From Dendrobates tinctorius (Eukaryota), in assembly GCF_039654945.1 (NCBI RefSeq), contig NW_027361863.1, positions 13,020,001 through 13,084,000 of the forward strand: a DNA stretch of 64,000 nucleotides, given 5' to 3'. Under the pieces are notes generated by a model. The model had not been told where the DNA came from. It worked only from the letters and a program-made list of their open reading frames with translations, and made no database searches. This document shows positions 12,560 through 26,213 of the stretch, in pieces (the first letter of the stretch is position 1; the number at the start of each line of letters is the position of its first letter). The translations under genes were made by a program, and so were the position numbers.

Positions 12560-15165
12560 GGAAAATGCCAAACTGGGACCCCTGGAGCAAAGATAGGTGG
12601 CCCGTATGGCGAAGTATTGGTACAAGATTGCATATGGCTGGGACGCGACCGGGACAAAGAGTTAGAGGCAGAAGAGATTGCTGGCTTCCAGGACTTTGCA
12701 AGGTTGTTGGCGGCAATGCAGGGACAGATCTGCGAAGCATCTGAAGAATAGGTGCTGGGACGACCTCAAGATGACTGGGTGCAGCTACAGCAGGAAGAGG
12801 AGGAATTGACCCAACTGAAAGTGGGTGGCGTTGAAGTGGCTCCCCAGCCAGAATGAAAGAGGTGCTTTATCCACAGGTGCTCTGCAGATTCTCCGACAAT
12901 TGGAGAGGCTTCAATTAAGAGACGACTTGCTGTTTTGAAAAGTGCAGCTGGTGCGAGAACTGGGGATCACATGGCAAGTGCTGCTCCTTGAGAAGCTGAT
13001 CGGCATAGTGGCTATGGAGGTCCATGAGAGAGGGGCTCACTTTGGTCCTGAAAAGACATTCAAGTAGCTGCAGAAGCTGGTTTATCTTCCTCGCCTGAAG
13101 ACTGCAGTAGAGGAAGTCTGTCAGCACTGCCAAAGCTGTGAACTGGCTAAACCTCCGGAGCAGAGGGCCCCCACACAGACCATCGTGAACTCTGCCCCCT
13201 TAGAGTTGTTGATGATCGATTACTTGACTGTGGGTTCAATTCATCTTGGATATGAACATTGTCTAGTGATGACTGACCACTTCACCAAGTTTGCTGTGGT
13301 CACTCCGACCCGAGATCAAACTGTTGAGTCAGCTGCACAGGCTATCTGTCAAGACTTCATCCGGGTGTACGGATTCCCAAAGTCAATTCATTATGATCAA
13401 GGCGCTTGCTTCCAAGGTCGGGTGATGGAGGAGACATCGTCTGTATCGAGTTGAGAAGTCAAGAACGACGCCCTATCATCCACAAAGGAATGGAGCCTGT
13501 GAGTGCTTCAACTGAACACTGATCCAGATGTTGATAACCTTGGAGGAAGATCGGAAAGCCTGTTGGCCTGAGTATGTGGCTGAATTGGTCAGGGTGTACA
13601 ACAACCGGGTGCACTGTACAACCAGATACACCCCGTATACTCTACTATTTGAGTGGAGCGGACGAGAAATCACAGACCTGGAGCTGGACCCAGAAGAGGA
13701 CTACCCATGGACGGGGGTGTCTTCCTGGGTCCGAGAACATAGATTATGATTGCAGACCCTTCACCGGCTGGTACAGACTAAGTTCCAAGAGCTTGAGCAC
13801 CACAAAGCACCGCCCCTCTGAGGGACAGTTCTTAAAGTAGGAGATAGAGGCCATGAGGCAAGTTGGAATATCGATGGGAGAAAACTCAGTATCTGGTGAA
13901 ACACCGAGTTGACAATGCTGGTCATGTGTATGATGTTCAACCCAAACAGGAGGAAGAGGTGCCTACTCAAATATTTCACTGCAACATGTTGCATCCTTGC
14001 CTGTCATGGGACCCTAAAGAAGAGAGGAGAGAACCAAGGCACCTATTCCCACGACTCCCGATTATGATGAGGAAGAACCACTTGCAACATCCTCAGACTT
14101 GGAGAATTCACCGGCTGCCAGAGATGGCTGCTACAGTGAACCCGGATGCGTCCCCGTCCTCGACTGCCCAACCTGACTCGGCCACTCAACCTGACTTACG
14201 CCGCACAGAACGAACGACAACTGGAATATCCCCAATCATTAAGAACAAGACCAATTTATTTGGCAGTGGATCATTCAAGAGATGGAGGAGTGTCAACATC
14301 TACTGCAAGATCTCTCGCCTGTGGAATGGCGAGCTAAAGGAGAGGCGGAGTGTAAGGATGAAGACTGAACTGCGGGTACCTATATCGAGCCGGGTCCGGA
14401 ACTGTTGAGGCTGCCCCCCATGTTGCCTGGGGGAAGAAAAGAGGAACCGGACCAACCTCATGACCCAGGAAGGAGGGACCAGATAAAAGAAAAAGCGCGC
14501 GCAGTGGCAAGGAGTTTGGCGCGAACCAGCAGCGTGCAGCAGGATGAGCACTGTGCTCCTTCCCCTGAGCATCGGCGCTGTGACGGGCTGTGTTTGTCGG
14601 CTCCCGCCGTCTTCAGCGGGACCGTTGGGGAGAGAGGTGCCATGCACCCAGTGACTGTAGGAGAGACAGGTGCCGTGCGCTCAGTGACCTTGAGTACCTC
14701 GCACGTGCAGAAAGGAAAAAGCCCGGTGTCGGACATACGCTTGTGGCCTTCCCTGCCAGTTGCTTTACGCCAGTCTACGTTTTACTCTGGGAGTGCTGCG
14801 GCCCCGTTTGCTTCGGCTGCACGAGCTATTGGACTAGGGGCTCAGCGGAAGGTACCGGAGACCGACCGCTGGCGCCAGAAGACAGACGATCGTTTAAAGG
14901 ATCTCATCTATGAAAATCTTCCTGGTCGTTGCCGGCATTGCAACCCCTGTGGGATCGTCTGTGGAGGAGGAAGCTAAAGGACACGATAAGTTTGACAATA
15001 GGACTGCTGCTATTCTGCATTTTGTGCTCATGTTTTGTTTCTTATATTAACTCTTTAACCATTAATCTCCCTGCGAGGAGCTTATACTCTGTTAAATTGA
15101 ATTGTTAAATTTGTTAACCCTTGCCCTTTCTCCTGTCTGTCACTGCATCCCGCAACCTGCTTACA
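12560..15165 (+). mobile_element. Ty3/Gypsy 3' fragment: integrase pseudogene, PPT and 3' LTR (14351-15165)
   Basis: PLELLMIDY...MTDHFTKFA...DQGACF...TTPYHPQ.NG integrase motifs; purine tract AAAGGAGAGGCGGAG just before TGTAAG; LTR ends CTTACA. Confidence 0.85.
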
Positions 15166-15859
15166 CAGGCAGCAATGCAAGGAGCAGAGCCGCTCTGGGG
15201 GGTGAGAATCTTCTCCTTTTTTGTCTCTAGACCTCTAGGGGCCTTTAAGTAACATGGCAATACTTTGCTGCCATCCTGCTCCACCTATGAAGCCAAGAGA
15301 CAGGCAAAGGAGATATTCGTTATGAACTGCAGTAAGCGCATAGAACAAGAGATCAGACATGCACAAGTTAAAGTCCCCAATGGGGGTTGCAAAATAAAAC
15401 AAAAAAATGTTAACAGAATTAAAGCAACATAAAAATTATTTAAAAAAAAAGAAAGAAAACAAAACAAAACATAAAAACTGAAATAACCCCCCCTAATCAA
15501 AATAATTAAAAAAATAATAATATTGCCGCATATGGAAAAGTCATATCTATTAAAATACAATTACAAACATCTTATGTGCCCCAAAAATACCAATAATAAC
15601 TGCAACTAAATTTAGCCCTCATACAGTTCCACAGTTTTCGATTGAAAAATAGAAGAGTTACTGGTCTCAGAAAAGGGTGACACAAACCAATTTTACTTCT
15701 TTTCTTTTTTTAACAGATTTCTACATTTTTTTCATCACTTAAATAAAAGCTATACAAGTTTGGTACAGCTGTAATCGTAATAAAACAAAACCTAAAAAAC
15801 AACGTCAGAATTGTGTTTTTTTTCACCAGTTTACCGCACTCGGAATTTTTTTTATGTTT

Positions 15860-15970
15860 TTGTGGAATGTAATAATTAAGACATCTGAATTATAAATTTG
15901 TTGTCTTTCCCGGGAGTTGTTTTAATTGATAGTAAACTCAAACCTCTGGTGTATATTTCTCTGGGATACA
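15860..15970 (+). promoter_or_regulatory. candidate OR promoter with homeodomain (TAAT/TAATTG) and O/E (EBF)-like sites
   Basis: TCCCGGGAG 15908-15916, TAATTG 15923-15928, TCTCTGGGA 15958-15966; similar motifs upstream of the ORs at 31878 and 59968. Confidence 0.5.
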
Positions 15971-16087
15971 TTTTCTATATATTTCTTGTATTTTGCCATT
16001 GTCATTAAAATGAAACAACCATTTCTGCCACGCGTGAGATTACACGACTCAATCCTCGAAAGGAAATTATTTCTTCTATGTTGCTAA

Positions 16088-17017
16088 ATGAAGGTACAAA
16101 ATTTCAACTTTACTGATTTTGTTCTCCTCGGCTTTCATGAGCTTCCAGACTTCCAGTTAGTTTTCTTTTTAATTTTTCTTGTCATTTATGTTGCAACATT
16201 GGTTGGAAATTCATTAACAACTGGTCTATTTTGCTTTGTTCCACACTTCCACACTCCTATGTATATACTCCTGTGTAACATGTCAGTACTGGATATGTCC
16301 TTCACTACAATGGTTCTACCAAAGTTATTGGACATCTTTATAACTGGGAAAAATGTCATCGCCTACCATGGTTGTATCGCTCAGGTTTTCTTTTTCGTGG
16401 TGCTCATAGTGTCGGAATACTTCATCCTGGCTGCCATGGCTTACGATCGTTACGTGGCCATCTGCCATCCCCTACATTACTCTTATTTCATGAGCCTGCA
16501 GGTCTGTTTCTGGATGACATTGACATCTTGGAGTATCGGAGTATTTGAGGGCACTATTTACGCCTTTCTAATATCATCTTGTACATTTTGTGAATCAAAT
16601 GAAATTGACCATTTATTCTGTGATATAAAGCCTCTAATAAAAATTTCATGTAGTGATACACGGACCATAGAAACAATGATACTTGGGCCGAGTGCCATCA
16701 TTGGCTTTTTCCCTTCAGTTATGACCTTGGTGTCCTACATCTATATCATCTCTACAATCTTGAAGATTAACTCTAAAGAAGGAAGACACAAAACCTTCTC
16801 CACCTGCTCCTCACACCTCACAGTCATCCTCTTGTTTTACGGAACAGTCATTGGCATGTACATAAGGCCAAAGTCCAGCTATTCCATGGAGCAGGACAAG
16901 GTCTTTGCCATCTTGTATGCCGGAGTCATTCCCATGCTCAACCCTCTCATTTACAGCTTGAAAAATGAGGAGGTGAAGAAAGCTCTGTGCAGAATAAAGA
17001 AACAATTGTTTTGTTAG
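16088..17017 (+). CDS. olfactory receptor, class II-type, intact 309 aa
   Basis: GN, HTPMY, MAYDRYVAICHPL, KTFSTCSSHL, PMLNPLIYSL motifs; N-terminal NFT sequon; single exon. Confidence 0.97.
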   Translation: MKVQNFNFTDFVLLGFHELPDFQLVFFLIFLVIYVATLVGNSLTTGLFCFVPHFHTPMYILLCNMSVLDMSFTTMVLPKLLDIFITGKNVIAYHGCIAQVFFFVVLIVSEYFILAAMAYDRYVAICHPLHYSYFMSLQVCFWMTLTSWSIGVFEGTIYAFLISSCTFCESNEIDHLFCDIKPLIKISCSDTRTIETMILGPSAIIGFFPSVMTLVSYIYIISTILKINSKEGRHKTFSTCSSHLTVILLFYGTVIGMYIRPKSSYSMEQDKVFAILYAGVIPMLNPLIYSLKNEEVKKALCRIKKQLFC

Positions 17018-19169
17018 GTTATTCATGCCTGTTTGGCGCTCACGTATAATGACTCCAGTAAAAAAAAAGCAAATGTGTAGAAAAATGGATACAAACACAT
17101 ATCACACTGAACTCAGAGTTTACACTTTTAATTGATTATGTCTGCAAAGGAAATGTAATGTTGCTATTTAAACAAGTAAAATAAATGAGTGCATGTATAG
17201 GTGAAAATGTCAAATGGATACAATTAAAAATACAATCTTTGGCATCAATCAACATCTGCGTTTACATCTTTAGCGTTCCAATGGTGCACAGTGCTAAAAA
17301 ACGAATTTATTAAACAGATGACAAAAAGAATGATCCATTTTCAATCGACTTTAAAGAGAACCTGTCATGTTCGTGTAAAAAATGTGTTTTTTAATTTTCA
17401 CGGCTCTACGTTATAAAATTCTATGAAATCCCTGAGGTTTCAAGGTGCTCACCACACATCTAGTTAATGTCCTTGAGGGGTCTAGTTTCCAAAATGGGGT
17501 CATTTGTGGGGAGTTTCTACTGTTTAGGAACTTCAAGGGCTCTGCAAACGCAACATGGCGCATTTGTTTTCAAAAAGTCAAATGGCATACCTTCCCTTCC
17601 AAGCCCTGCCGTGTGCCCAAACAATAGTTTTCCTCCACATATGGGGTATTGGGGTACTCAGGAGAAATCGCACAACAAATTTTATGGTGCATTTTCTTCT
17701 GCTACCCTTGTGAAAATTGAAACTATGGCGCTAAAGTAACATTTTTGTGTCAAAAAGTTAAATGTTCATTTTTTCCTTCCACATTCCATTAATTCATGTG
17801 AAGCACCTGAAGGGTTAATACACTTCTTTAATGTGGTTTTGCGCACCTTGAGGGGTGCAGTTTTTAGAATGGTGTCATTTTTGGGTATTTTCTGTCATAT
17901 GGGCCCCTCAAAGTCATTTCAAATGTGAGGTGGTCCCTAAAAAAAATGGTTTTCTAAATTTTGCTGCAAAAAATGTGAAATCGCTGGTCAACTATTAACA
18001 CTTATGAATTCCTAACAAAAAAAATTTTGTTTCCAAAATTGTGCTGATGTAAAGTAGACATGTGGGAAATGTTATTTATTAACTATTTTGTGCGATATGA
18101 CTCTCTGATTAAGGGCATAAAAATTAAAAGTTTGAAAATTGCGAAATGTTCAAAATTTACTTTTGACTTTTTTTCACATTTTAATTCAGAACCAATTTTT
18201 TTTATTTTTACAAGTGTTAAAAGAGAAAATGAACCATTAAATTTGTTGTGCAATTTCTCCTGAATACGCCGATATCCCATATGTGGGGTAAACCACTGTT
18301 TGGGGGCACGGCAGAGCTCAAAAAGGTAGGAGTGCCGTTTGACTTTTTCAATGCAGAATTGGCTGGAATTGTGATCGGACGCCATGTTGCGTTTGGAGAG
18401 CACCTGATGTGCCTAAACAGTGGAAACCCCCAACAAGTGACCCCATTTTGGAAACTAGACTCCTTATGGAGCTTAGCTAGTTGTGTGGTGAGCACATTGA
18501 ACCTCCAAGTGCTTCACAGAACTTTATAACGTAGAGCCGTGAAAATAAAAAATCAAAATTTTTCCAAAAAATGATCTTTTTGCCCCCACATTTTTATTTT
18601 TACAAGGGTAACAGGAGAAATTAGACCCCCAAGGTTGTTGTGCAATTGTCCTGAGTACGCTGATACCCCATATGTGGGGGTAAACCACTGTTTGGGCACA
18701 CGTCAGAGCTCAGAAGGGTACGAGCATCGTTTCACTTTTTCAATGCAGAATTGGCTGGAATTGAGATTGGACACCATGTCGCATTTGGAGAGCCCCTGAT
18801 GTGCCTAGACAGTGAAAAAACCCCACAAGTGACACCATTTTGGAAACTAGGCCCCTTAAGGAACTTATCTAAATGTGTGGTGTTAGGGCTAGCGGAACGC
18901 ACCAAATAATAAAATGATAGTAAGGTGCGTTAGCAGCCCGAGGTCCACCGTGCAGAGAGACCCTGCTCTGCCCCTATGTTCTCTTCTCTGCCACAGGACC
19001 TGTGGTGAGGTCACAGGAGGGGAGGAGTCAAGGTCACATGATCAGGGGCCTCTCAGTGTATGCAGGACTCTGCTGTGCTGGTTGCCATGGTGCTGGATGA
19101 AGGGAAGTTTCTGTGTGGGGTCAGGAGGGGTTTATAGGGTGGATGGTGTACTGAGCGGAGTCGTTTGTT

Positions 19170-19640
19170 TACGAGTTGTACGCAGCGGAGTTGCGTGTGT
19201 ACGAGGTGTATGGAGCAGAGCCGCGTGTGTATGAGGTGTACAGAGCGGAGCCATATGTGTATGAGGTGTACGGAGCGGAGCAGCGTGTGTACTAGGTGTA
19301 CGAAACAGAGCCGCATGTGTACAAGGTGTAAAGAGCGGAGCCGCGTGTGTATGAGGTGTATGGAGTGGAGCCGCGTGTGTACGAGGTGTACGGAGTGGAG
19401 CCGCGTGTGTACGAGGTGTACGGAGCGGAGCCGCATGTGTACGAGGTGTACGGAGTGGAGCCACATGTGTACGAGGTGTATGGAGCGGAGCCACATGTGT
19501 ACGAGGTGTATGGAGCATAGCCGCGTGTGTGCGAGGTGTACGGAGCATAGCCGCGTGTGTATGAGGTGTATGGAGCGGAGCCATGTGTGCACGAGGTGTA
19601 CGGAGCAGAGCCACATGTGTACGAGGTTTACGGTGTGAAG
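19170..19640 (+). repeat. 30-bp minisatellite (ACGAGGTGTACGGAGCGGAGCCGCGTGTGT)
   Basis: About 15 tandem units; 10-aa periodicity in all overlapping ORFs. Confidence 0.95.
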
Positions 19641-19984
19641 CCATGTGTGTACTGACTGAGTGGAGCCGTGTGTGTGTGAGGTATAGAAAGCGGAACCATG
19701 TGTGTATGAGGTGTGCGGAGCTATGCGAGAACAAGGTGTATGGTGGGGAGCATTCATACCTCCCAACCGTCTCAATTTTGAGAGAGAGTCTGCCCCAGTC
19801 AGGAGCTTACTTTTCCCACAGACACAGGAGTACACGGCAGAGCCCTGAGGAGCACTTTAAAATTTGCATGTGACGTTCCACCGAAAGTGACGTGCTGGAA
19901 GCTGACCGGAAATTAGGTAATTTTGGGAAGAGATTGTGGCAGAACCATGGAGGCACCTCAGGGAATGCTTCAGATCCATCACCG

Positions 19985-20696
19985 TCTCTCTCTGTTCTTC
20001 CTTTCTCTCTCTCTGTTCTTTCTTTCTCTCTGTTCTTTCTTTCTCTCTCTCTCTGTTCTTTCTTTCCTCTCTTTCTCTCTCTCTGTTCTTTCTTTCTCTC
20101 TATTCTATCTCTCTCTCTCTGCCCTTTCTTTCTCTATAATGTAGTCCCCTTCATATGGTATAATACAGCCCCCAAAGAATATAATGTAGCCCCAACAGAA
20201 TATAATGCAGCCCCCTCATAGGGTATCATGCTGCCTCCCTCACGGGGTATCATGCTGCCCTCCTTTATATGGGGTATCATGCTGCCCCCCCTCATACGGG
20301 GTATCATGCTGCCCCCCATCATACGGGGTATCATGCTGCCCCCTCCTCATACGAGGTATATCCTGCTGCCCCCTCATACGAGTATCATGTTGCCGCCCCC
20401 CCATATGGGGTATCATAATCATGCAACCAGGACTCACTATATAAATTTAAAAAAAAAACATACTCACCCCTCCTCCTCGCTCCCACGCTGATTTTGGCGG
20501 TGGCTCTGCTCTGATGCCAGGAGCTGCTCTGCAGTCAGACCGGCAAACAGTGGGGTCGCGATGAAGTGACGTCATCGTGCACCCGCTGTGTATCAGAGGA
20601 AGAGGGTAATGATGGGAGAGGGAGCATCATGTGACGCTCTCTCTTCCATTATTGCGGTGCACACTGGGGGGGGCCACGCTGATGCCGCAATAATGG

Positions 20697-20740
<44 letters not shown>
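19985..20740 (+). repeat. CT-rich tract, ~25-bp GGGTATCATGCTGCCCCC minisatellite and (TA)n run
   Basis: Seen at 19985-20135, 20210-20415 and 20700-20738. Confidence 0.9.
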
Positions 20741-23695
20741 TTATTTTTGGCAACAGCACGGTCATTTGCTGAGGTTCTCTGGTTAGGGGCCCACTCAGAA
20801 GTTTCGCCCCCAAAACCCTAGTTATGCCTCTGCCGGAGCCTGTTAAAACACAGCACTTGGCAAGAGAGCGATCAGTATATCGTCACAGAACTCAGCCCCA
20901 AGGACACGAGGTCTGAGTCCCTCTAGACCTACTGAGCGTGAGGCGCCGCACCTGTGGACGCCTCTAATGAACGCTGACCACCAAGGAGTGCAGACTATGT
21001 GCACAGTGACGTACAGACAAAGCCACCGGTGGGTGCTGATGCCAGTCTCTGACTCTGCCTCTACCTGGACCTTAGCCTGGGCACTAGCAGGCTAGGCTAC
21101 ACAACACATGCGTACCAACGGTAGGGGTTTCATAATGAGTCATTCACCAGAGACATTCATACATGCATACAACACTCAATCCACACGGTCTAATCTTTTT
21201 CTATATTAGCGCACGGCCGTGTGGTCGTGCGATCCTTTTATGGATGCAGCCTTCCGGGGCTTTCCAGATGGCCCAATCCGAGCTGCAATAGGACCTGAGC
21301 ATGTGACCTCCAACCTCCAATGAGAGGTCTTCCCATGGGCATGCTCAGTAGGAGAAAAGCAGGACTTAGTCCCAGGAGTGTCTGCTCACCGCTGACTCAG
21401 TAGCTGAGCCCTGAGTAGCAACCAGGTGCCTAACATTAGCCTGGGAAAAACGATGGGACCGATGTTTCTGCTGAGCAGGAACCTCTACAGCCGTAGAGGA
21501 ATGGGAGACTGCAGAGGACATGGCTTGAGATTCCCCCTGTGCAGTGGGAGAACCTTGGCACTTAACAGTGGTGAGCACTTTGAACCCCCAAGTGCTTCAC
21601 AGAAGTTTATAAACGCAGAGCCGTGAAAATAAAAAAAACATTTTTTTCCCTCAACAATTATTATTTAGTTCGCTATTTTTTATTTTCCCAAGGGTAACAA
21701 GAGAAATTGGACCACAAAAGTTGTTGTGCAATTCGTCCTGAGTACACCGATACCCCATATGTGGGGGGGAACCACTGTTTGGGCACATGGGAGAGCTCGG
21801 AAGGGAAGGAGCACCATTTTGGAATGCAGACTTTGATGGAATGTTCTGCGGGTGTCATGTTGCGTTTGCAGAGCCCCTGATGTGCCTAAACAGTAGAAAC
21901 CCCCCACAACTGAACCCATTTTGGAAACTAGACCCCCCAAGGAGCTTATCTAGATGTGTGGTGATCACTTTGAAGCCAAAAGTGCTTCACAGAAGTTTAG
22001 AACGCAGAGCCGTGAAAATAAAAAATCTTTTTTTTTCCACAAAAGTTATTTTATAGCCCCCAATTTTTTTATTTTCCCAAGGGTAACAGGAGAAATTAGA
22101 CCCCCAAAGTTGGTAAATAGTGGAAATGGAAAAATGAAAATAAATATATTTTCTTTATTTCATTATATTTCCCTAACTAAGGGGGTGATAAGGGGTCATA
22201 CAGTAGGGGACCTGACTAAAATAGTTTGTTGCATGTAATGTGTTATAGAGGCCTGATCCAAAGGCCACAAATTTTTTTCTGTTCCTAGTTTCATACAGTA
22301 GTGGACCTGACCAAAATAGTTGCTGCATGTAGTGTGTTATAGAGGCCTGATCCAGAGGCCACAAAAAAATTCTTTTGTTCCTAGTGTCATACAGTAGGGG
22401 ACCTGACTAAAATAGTTTGTAGCATGTAGTGTGTCATAGAGGCCACAAAATTTTTTTTTCTGTTCCTAGTGTCATACAATAGGGGACGTGCCTTTCAAAT
22501 TGTTTGTAGTATAACTTCTTTGTCAAGCAGATCTCATCCACACTCAAACAATTCTTTCTTCTGTGAATAACACGATACAGCAGACCATATTTCAACTTGG
22601 AATGAACTGTCGCTGAATTTCAGCTGTTTGCAGAGGTGGTGCAGAGTTTAAAATCTAATTTTTTGTTGCTAACACTGTGCTTCTACCACACTATCTTTGC
22701 AACTTGACTGGAAAGAAATGAGGAGGAAGGGGAATTAGGCTTGGTGTTTAAGGTGGAACACTAGTGAAGTAATGTCACGTCCTATGCAAAGACATCTGAC
22801 AACTTATGTTACTGGACAGGCTACACCACTACCTTTCTTTTGCAGATGCACAGCGGTATTCCCTGTCGATGATGCCCAGAAAGAGCATGCACTCTAGTGG
22901 CGGGCAAGCGCAGCTTCAAGTGGCCTCTCCTCCTCTTCCTCCACCTCAACATCACACCCAGTACAGTCCACAGAGGTGAAACCCAAATTCCTCTTTCTCC
23001 CCCCCGCGTCCCAACTATCCAACCATTCAACTGACTGTACAGAACGCAAAGATGGGTGAGTCTGAAGATCTGTTCACACATTCTATGCCATGTTCATCAG
23101 AAGTGCACTCAAAAGCTTTGCAGAGTCTAGAGGAGGAAATCCGCTCTGATGCTCAAAATTTTTTTATCTTGGATCTGGGGCAGGACAAAGTACAGTCTGA
23201 ACAGCATCCTGACGATCATCATCAGACGTTAACCCCTGGGTGGAGGTGATCCTGATGAGACTCAGATATCTGAGGCTTACATGGACTGTACTGTGCTGTC
23301 AGGGCAAGAAGAGGAGGAGGGTGACTCCAAGGACGAGGAATGTGATAACACAGGGGATGAAGATAATGAGGTGTTAGATCCCAGTTGGAGTGAACATAGA
23401 GGCACACAGCTGAGTAGATCATCTGAGGAGGAAGACAAGGAGGTTATGTTACGCCTTACTTCGCAGACACATAGTGATGCAGCCACAACGACCAATGCAT
23501 CCTCAGCCACAATTGTGCCTTTGACCAGCAGTGTCAGCGGGTCTCCAGCATGCAGGGGTGGCAAGGGTTGCCTAGCCTGGGCCTTTTATGACACTGCAAA
23601 GGATGAGCCAACTCACGTAATCTGCCAACTTTAAAAAAAAAAAAAACTGAGGCGAGGTAAAAAGTGCAAAAATTTGACCACTACATGTATGAATC

Positions 23696-24522
23696 TATGA
23701 GCAGGTTGTGGAATGCAGTGACGGACAGGAGACAGAGCAACGGTTAACAGTTTTAATTAACACTGGGAAACTCCACGCAAGGAGATAAATGGTTAACAGG
23801 GGAATAAGCACTTCAAAATGTGAAAAGTACGCATGGTTAAAGAACAGTAGAAAAAGGTATTATCAGTTCTTGTTGGGTCAACTTATCCTGTCAGTCGTTT
23901 CTCTAGACGTGGTAGCCACAAAGCAGGTGATAGCGCCAACAATGGCTGACGCAGGGCTTATCTGTGGAGGTCCAGAAGGTAATGATGATCTGTCTTCTGG
24001 TGGCAGTGGTTGGTCTCCGATACCTTCCGCTGTGCCCCTAGTCCATATACCGATGTGGCTGGAGGAGTGTGGGCAACCGCACTGTCTGAGCCCAACCTGG
24101 CCTGGCAGATATACACTGGGGAATTGGGACATAGATGGCGGTCCTGCATCCGGTCTCTCTCTGGCGGCAGGCGTGCAGTCCTCACTAGCCCGGAGCATTT
24201 GATACCTCGCTTCGTGGTGACCAACGGGCACAGTGCCCGCTCCTCCTCACAGTCTCTGTCAGTGGCGGTGGGGAAGCTTGAGCGTGGGCCTGTGCTGTAC
24301 TGATGATCGCGGGCCGGAGCAATTACTTCCCCCTGCTGCGCTCTGTCTGTTCGCGCCGAATCTGCCCGTTTCGGAGCGCGCTGTGGCTGTGTACACTTAG
24401 CCACACCCCCTGCTTCTGCCTGCAAAGATTGGTCCGGTCTCTTAAGTTAACAGAGGAGACAACCCCGACAGGTCCAGACCCGGAACAAAACAGGTACCCG
24501 CAGCACGGTCTTTCTTCTTACA
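23696..24522 (-). mobile_element. solo LTR related to the 14351-15165 LTR, inserted in the hAT BED finger
   Basis: Reverse complement matches the 14351 LTR ends; imperfect 4-bp TSD AATC/AACC; host frame rejoins as TCMN-LYMRNH. Confidence 0.8.
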
Positions 24523-24952
24523 AACCTTTACATGCGCAATCATAATGCTTTAATGTGGCAATCCCACTGCGCAAAAATGTGGACCATCGGACTTCAACCA
24601 CCATCAGCCACCCTATCAATCTCATCTGCTGCTTCTTCCTCCTCTGTTACCGTGGTGCCAACTATTGAGACTGAGGTCTTCGACCGCAGAACCTCAGGTT
24701 CTTTACTCACTACAGCCATACAGCCATGCTGACTGAGAACAGTAATGGAAGCTGACATGCCTGCTGTTTTTGACTAATCTCAGAGAACGAGCACAGCACA
24801 AGTTTCTCAATCCACCGTAACATCTCCACCTGCACCTCTCTCATGGTTCAGCAGCTTGTCCAGTTCACTGTACTCTGCCCTCTCTCAGCACTGCAGCCAG
24901 CTCACAGTTCTGCAGTTGTGGTCACGTAAAAGATTGCTTCCTCCTACGCATG

Positions 24953-26213
24953 TGGGTCGCCCTCCCAGGGCCGCGGGGTACTCGGTACCGGGCCGGTGTC
25001 AGTGGGATGTGTCACAGCAGCGGTGACCCAGACCGTGGCCCTGGGCGCCCAAGTAATAGGAAGATGTGAATGGTGGAATGTAGTTAAATGAATAGTTCGT
25101 GACGCCACCTGTGGTGTTCGGCAACTGAGGTGTTAAGCTGATGCTGCAGAAAGATCCTCCAGGACAGATGGTGTGGTGCAGCAATGATGTTCTAGCCCTC
25201 CACAGGCAGGGCTGTTGTCCCAGGGCAGTGTAGATGTGGAGACACTTAGATGGTGTAGTGTTTGGCGCAGGGGATGTAGCAGTGCCAGGCGGACGGACGC
25301 AGGAAGGAATGGAGGACACCAGGGCATGTAGTTCCAAAGCTTTACTCACAGTCTGTAGTGCCCGTTTCTGTGCCGTGTCCTCCGGGTCAGGGACTCAATC
25401 AACCTCCAGGCAAGATGGAATGCTCCCTTCCACGCTCCGCCAACTTATGTGCCTTTTCTGAACGTCTCCTTTATAGCGCCTTTAAGTGTGAAGATCTCCT
25501 AGTACTGAGTTACACTGGAGTTCCTCCTGACAGATGTTCCCAAGAACTCTACTTGTACGGCAGACAGCTGTAGCCTGCTTCGGGGACTCTCTACTCCTAA
25601 GTCCCGGCTCTCTATCCGTGTTGCTGTTGTGCCCTCAAGTCTTAGATGGGAGTAGTGCATTTACAGCCCACTACTCCACCGGTGTCTGCTGCAGAACCAT
25701 TAGTGTCCATACAACCTCGGGGACCGGGCCCCGGCCTTGCGCTTAGAACTTCTAGGCAGGGTTCTTCTTCTAACCCACGTCCTCTGTGTTCCCTTTCACT
25801 CCTACGTTCCGTACTTGTCTTTCCCTCCTATGGAAGCTCAGGCTTCAGTTCAATGTCTTCTTTCCTTTCCCGTGCCAGCTGGCTCAGATCACTGAGGCAG
25901 CTGCAGCACTCCTTCCTCCATCCCGCTTCCAGGGATCCCCACTCCTCTCCGAGTGGCTTCCTCACTCAGACTCACCGACTGACTGACCTCCTAAACCATC
26001 CCGCTCTTTTATGTATTCTCAACTCCACCCACCTCCCAGCACATTTATTGTTCCAACCAGGGAACCACCAAAGGTGCTCTGCTTCTCTCTAAGTAAGGAG
26101 CTGCAATGTGGTTTTGCTGAACTACTCGCCTCCAACTTACCTGGATGGTGGAGCACCACACCTTAGGAGAAGGTGCAGTACCTCTGTGGCGACTAAGCCT
26201 CAGGGGCGTCACA
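24953..26213 (-). mobile_element. solo LTR inserted in the hAT transposase
   Basis: TG...GGGGCGTCACA termini; 4-bp TSD CATG; host frame rejoins as LPPTH-DKAKRLN; strand inferred only from a putative AGTAAA signal. Confidence 0.8.

Larger units (their letters stand above)
18965..20832. mobile_element. hAT-like MITE rich in satellites, nested in the solo LTR
   Basis: Right end CTAGTTATGCCTCTG (CAGAGGC..AACTAG-type TIR); left TIR not found. Confidence 0.45.
18881..21567. mobile_element. solo LTR with a further nested insertion
   Basis: TGTTA...TAACA termini; 4-bp TSD GTGG; removing it restores the host unit ATGTGTGGTGAGCAC. Confidence 0.8.
17385..22110. repeat. non-autonomous DNA element body built from ~400-bp units in both orientations, interrupted at 18881-21567
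   Basis: Recurring CTAGTTTCCAAAATGGGGTCA / GATACCCCATATGTGGGG / GAGCCGTGAAAATAAAAA units; first copy forward, later copies reverse; family not identified with certainty. Confidence 0.7.

Noticed and set aside
14405-14977. 190-aa ORF downstream of the Gypsy integrase (possible env or accessory gene)
   Set aside because: Falls within the GC-rich LTR; no TM segment or motif; no matching long ORF evident in the related solo LTR
16811-17098. Antisense ORFs recurring opposite three OR genes
   Set aside because: By-product of near-identical sense-strand coding sequence
19053-19835. ORFs with 10-aa repeats, and a regular array that could suggest CRISPR
   Set aside because: Head-to-tail 30-bp minisatellite with no unique spacers, in a eukaryotic context
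22605-22630. CGCTGAATTTCAGC resembling the 5' end of 28S rRNA
   Set aside because: Match is too short and has no flanking similarity
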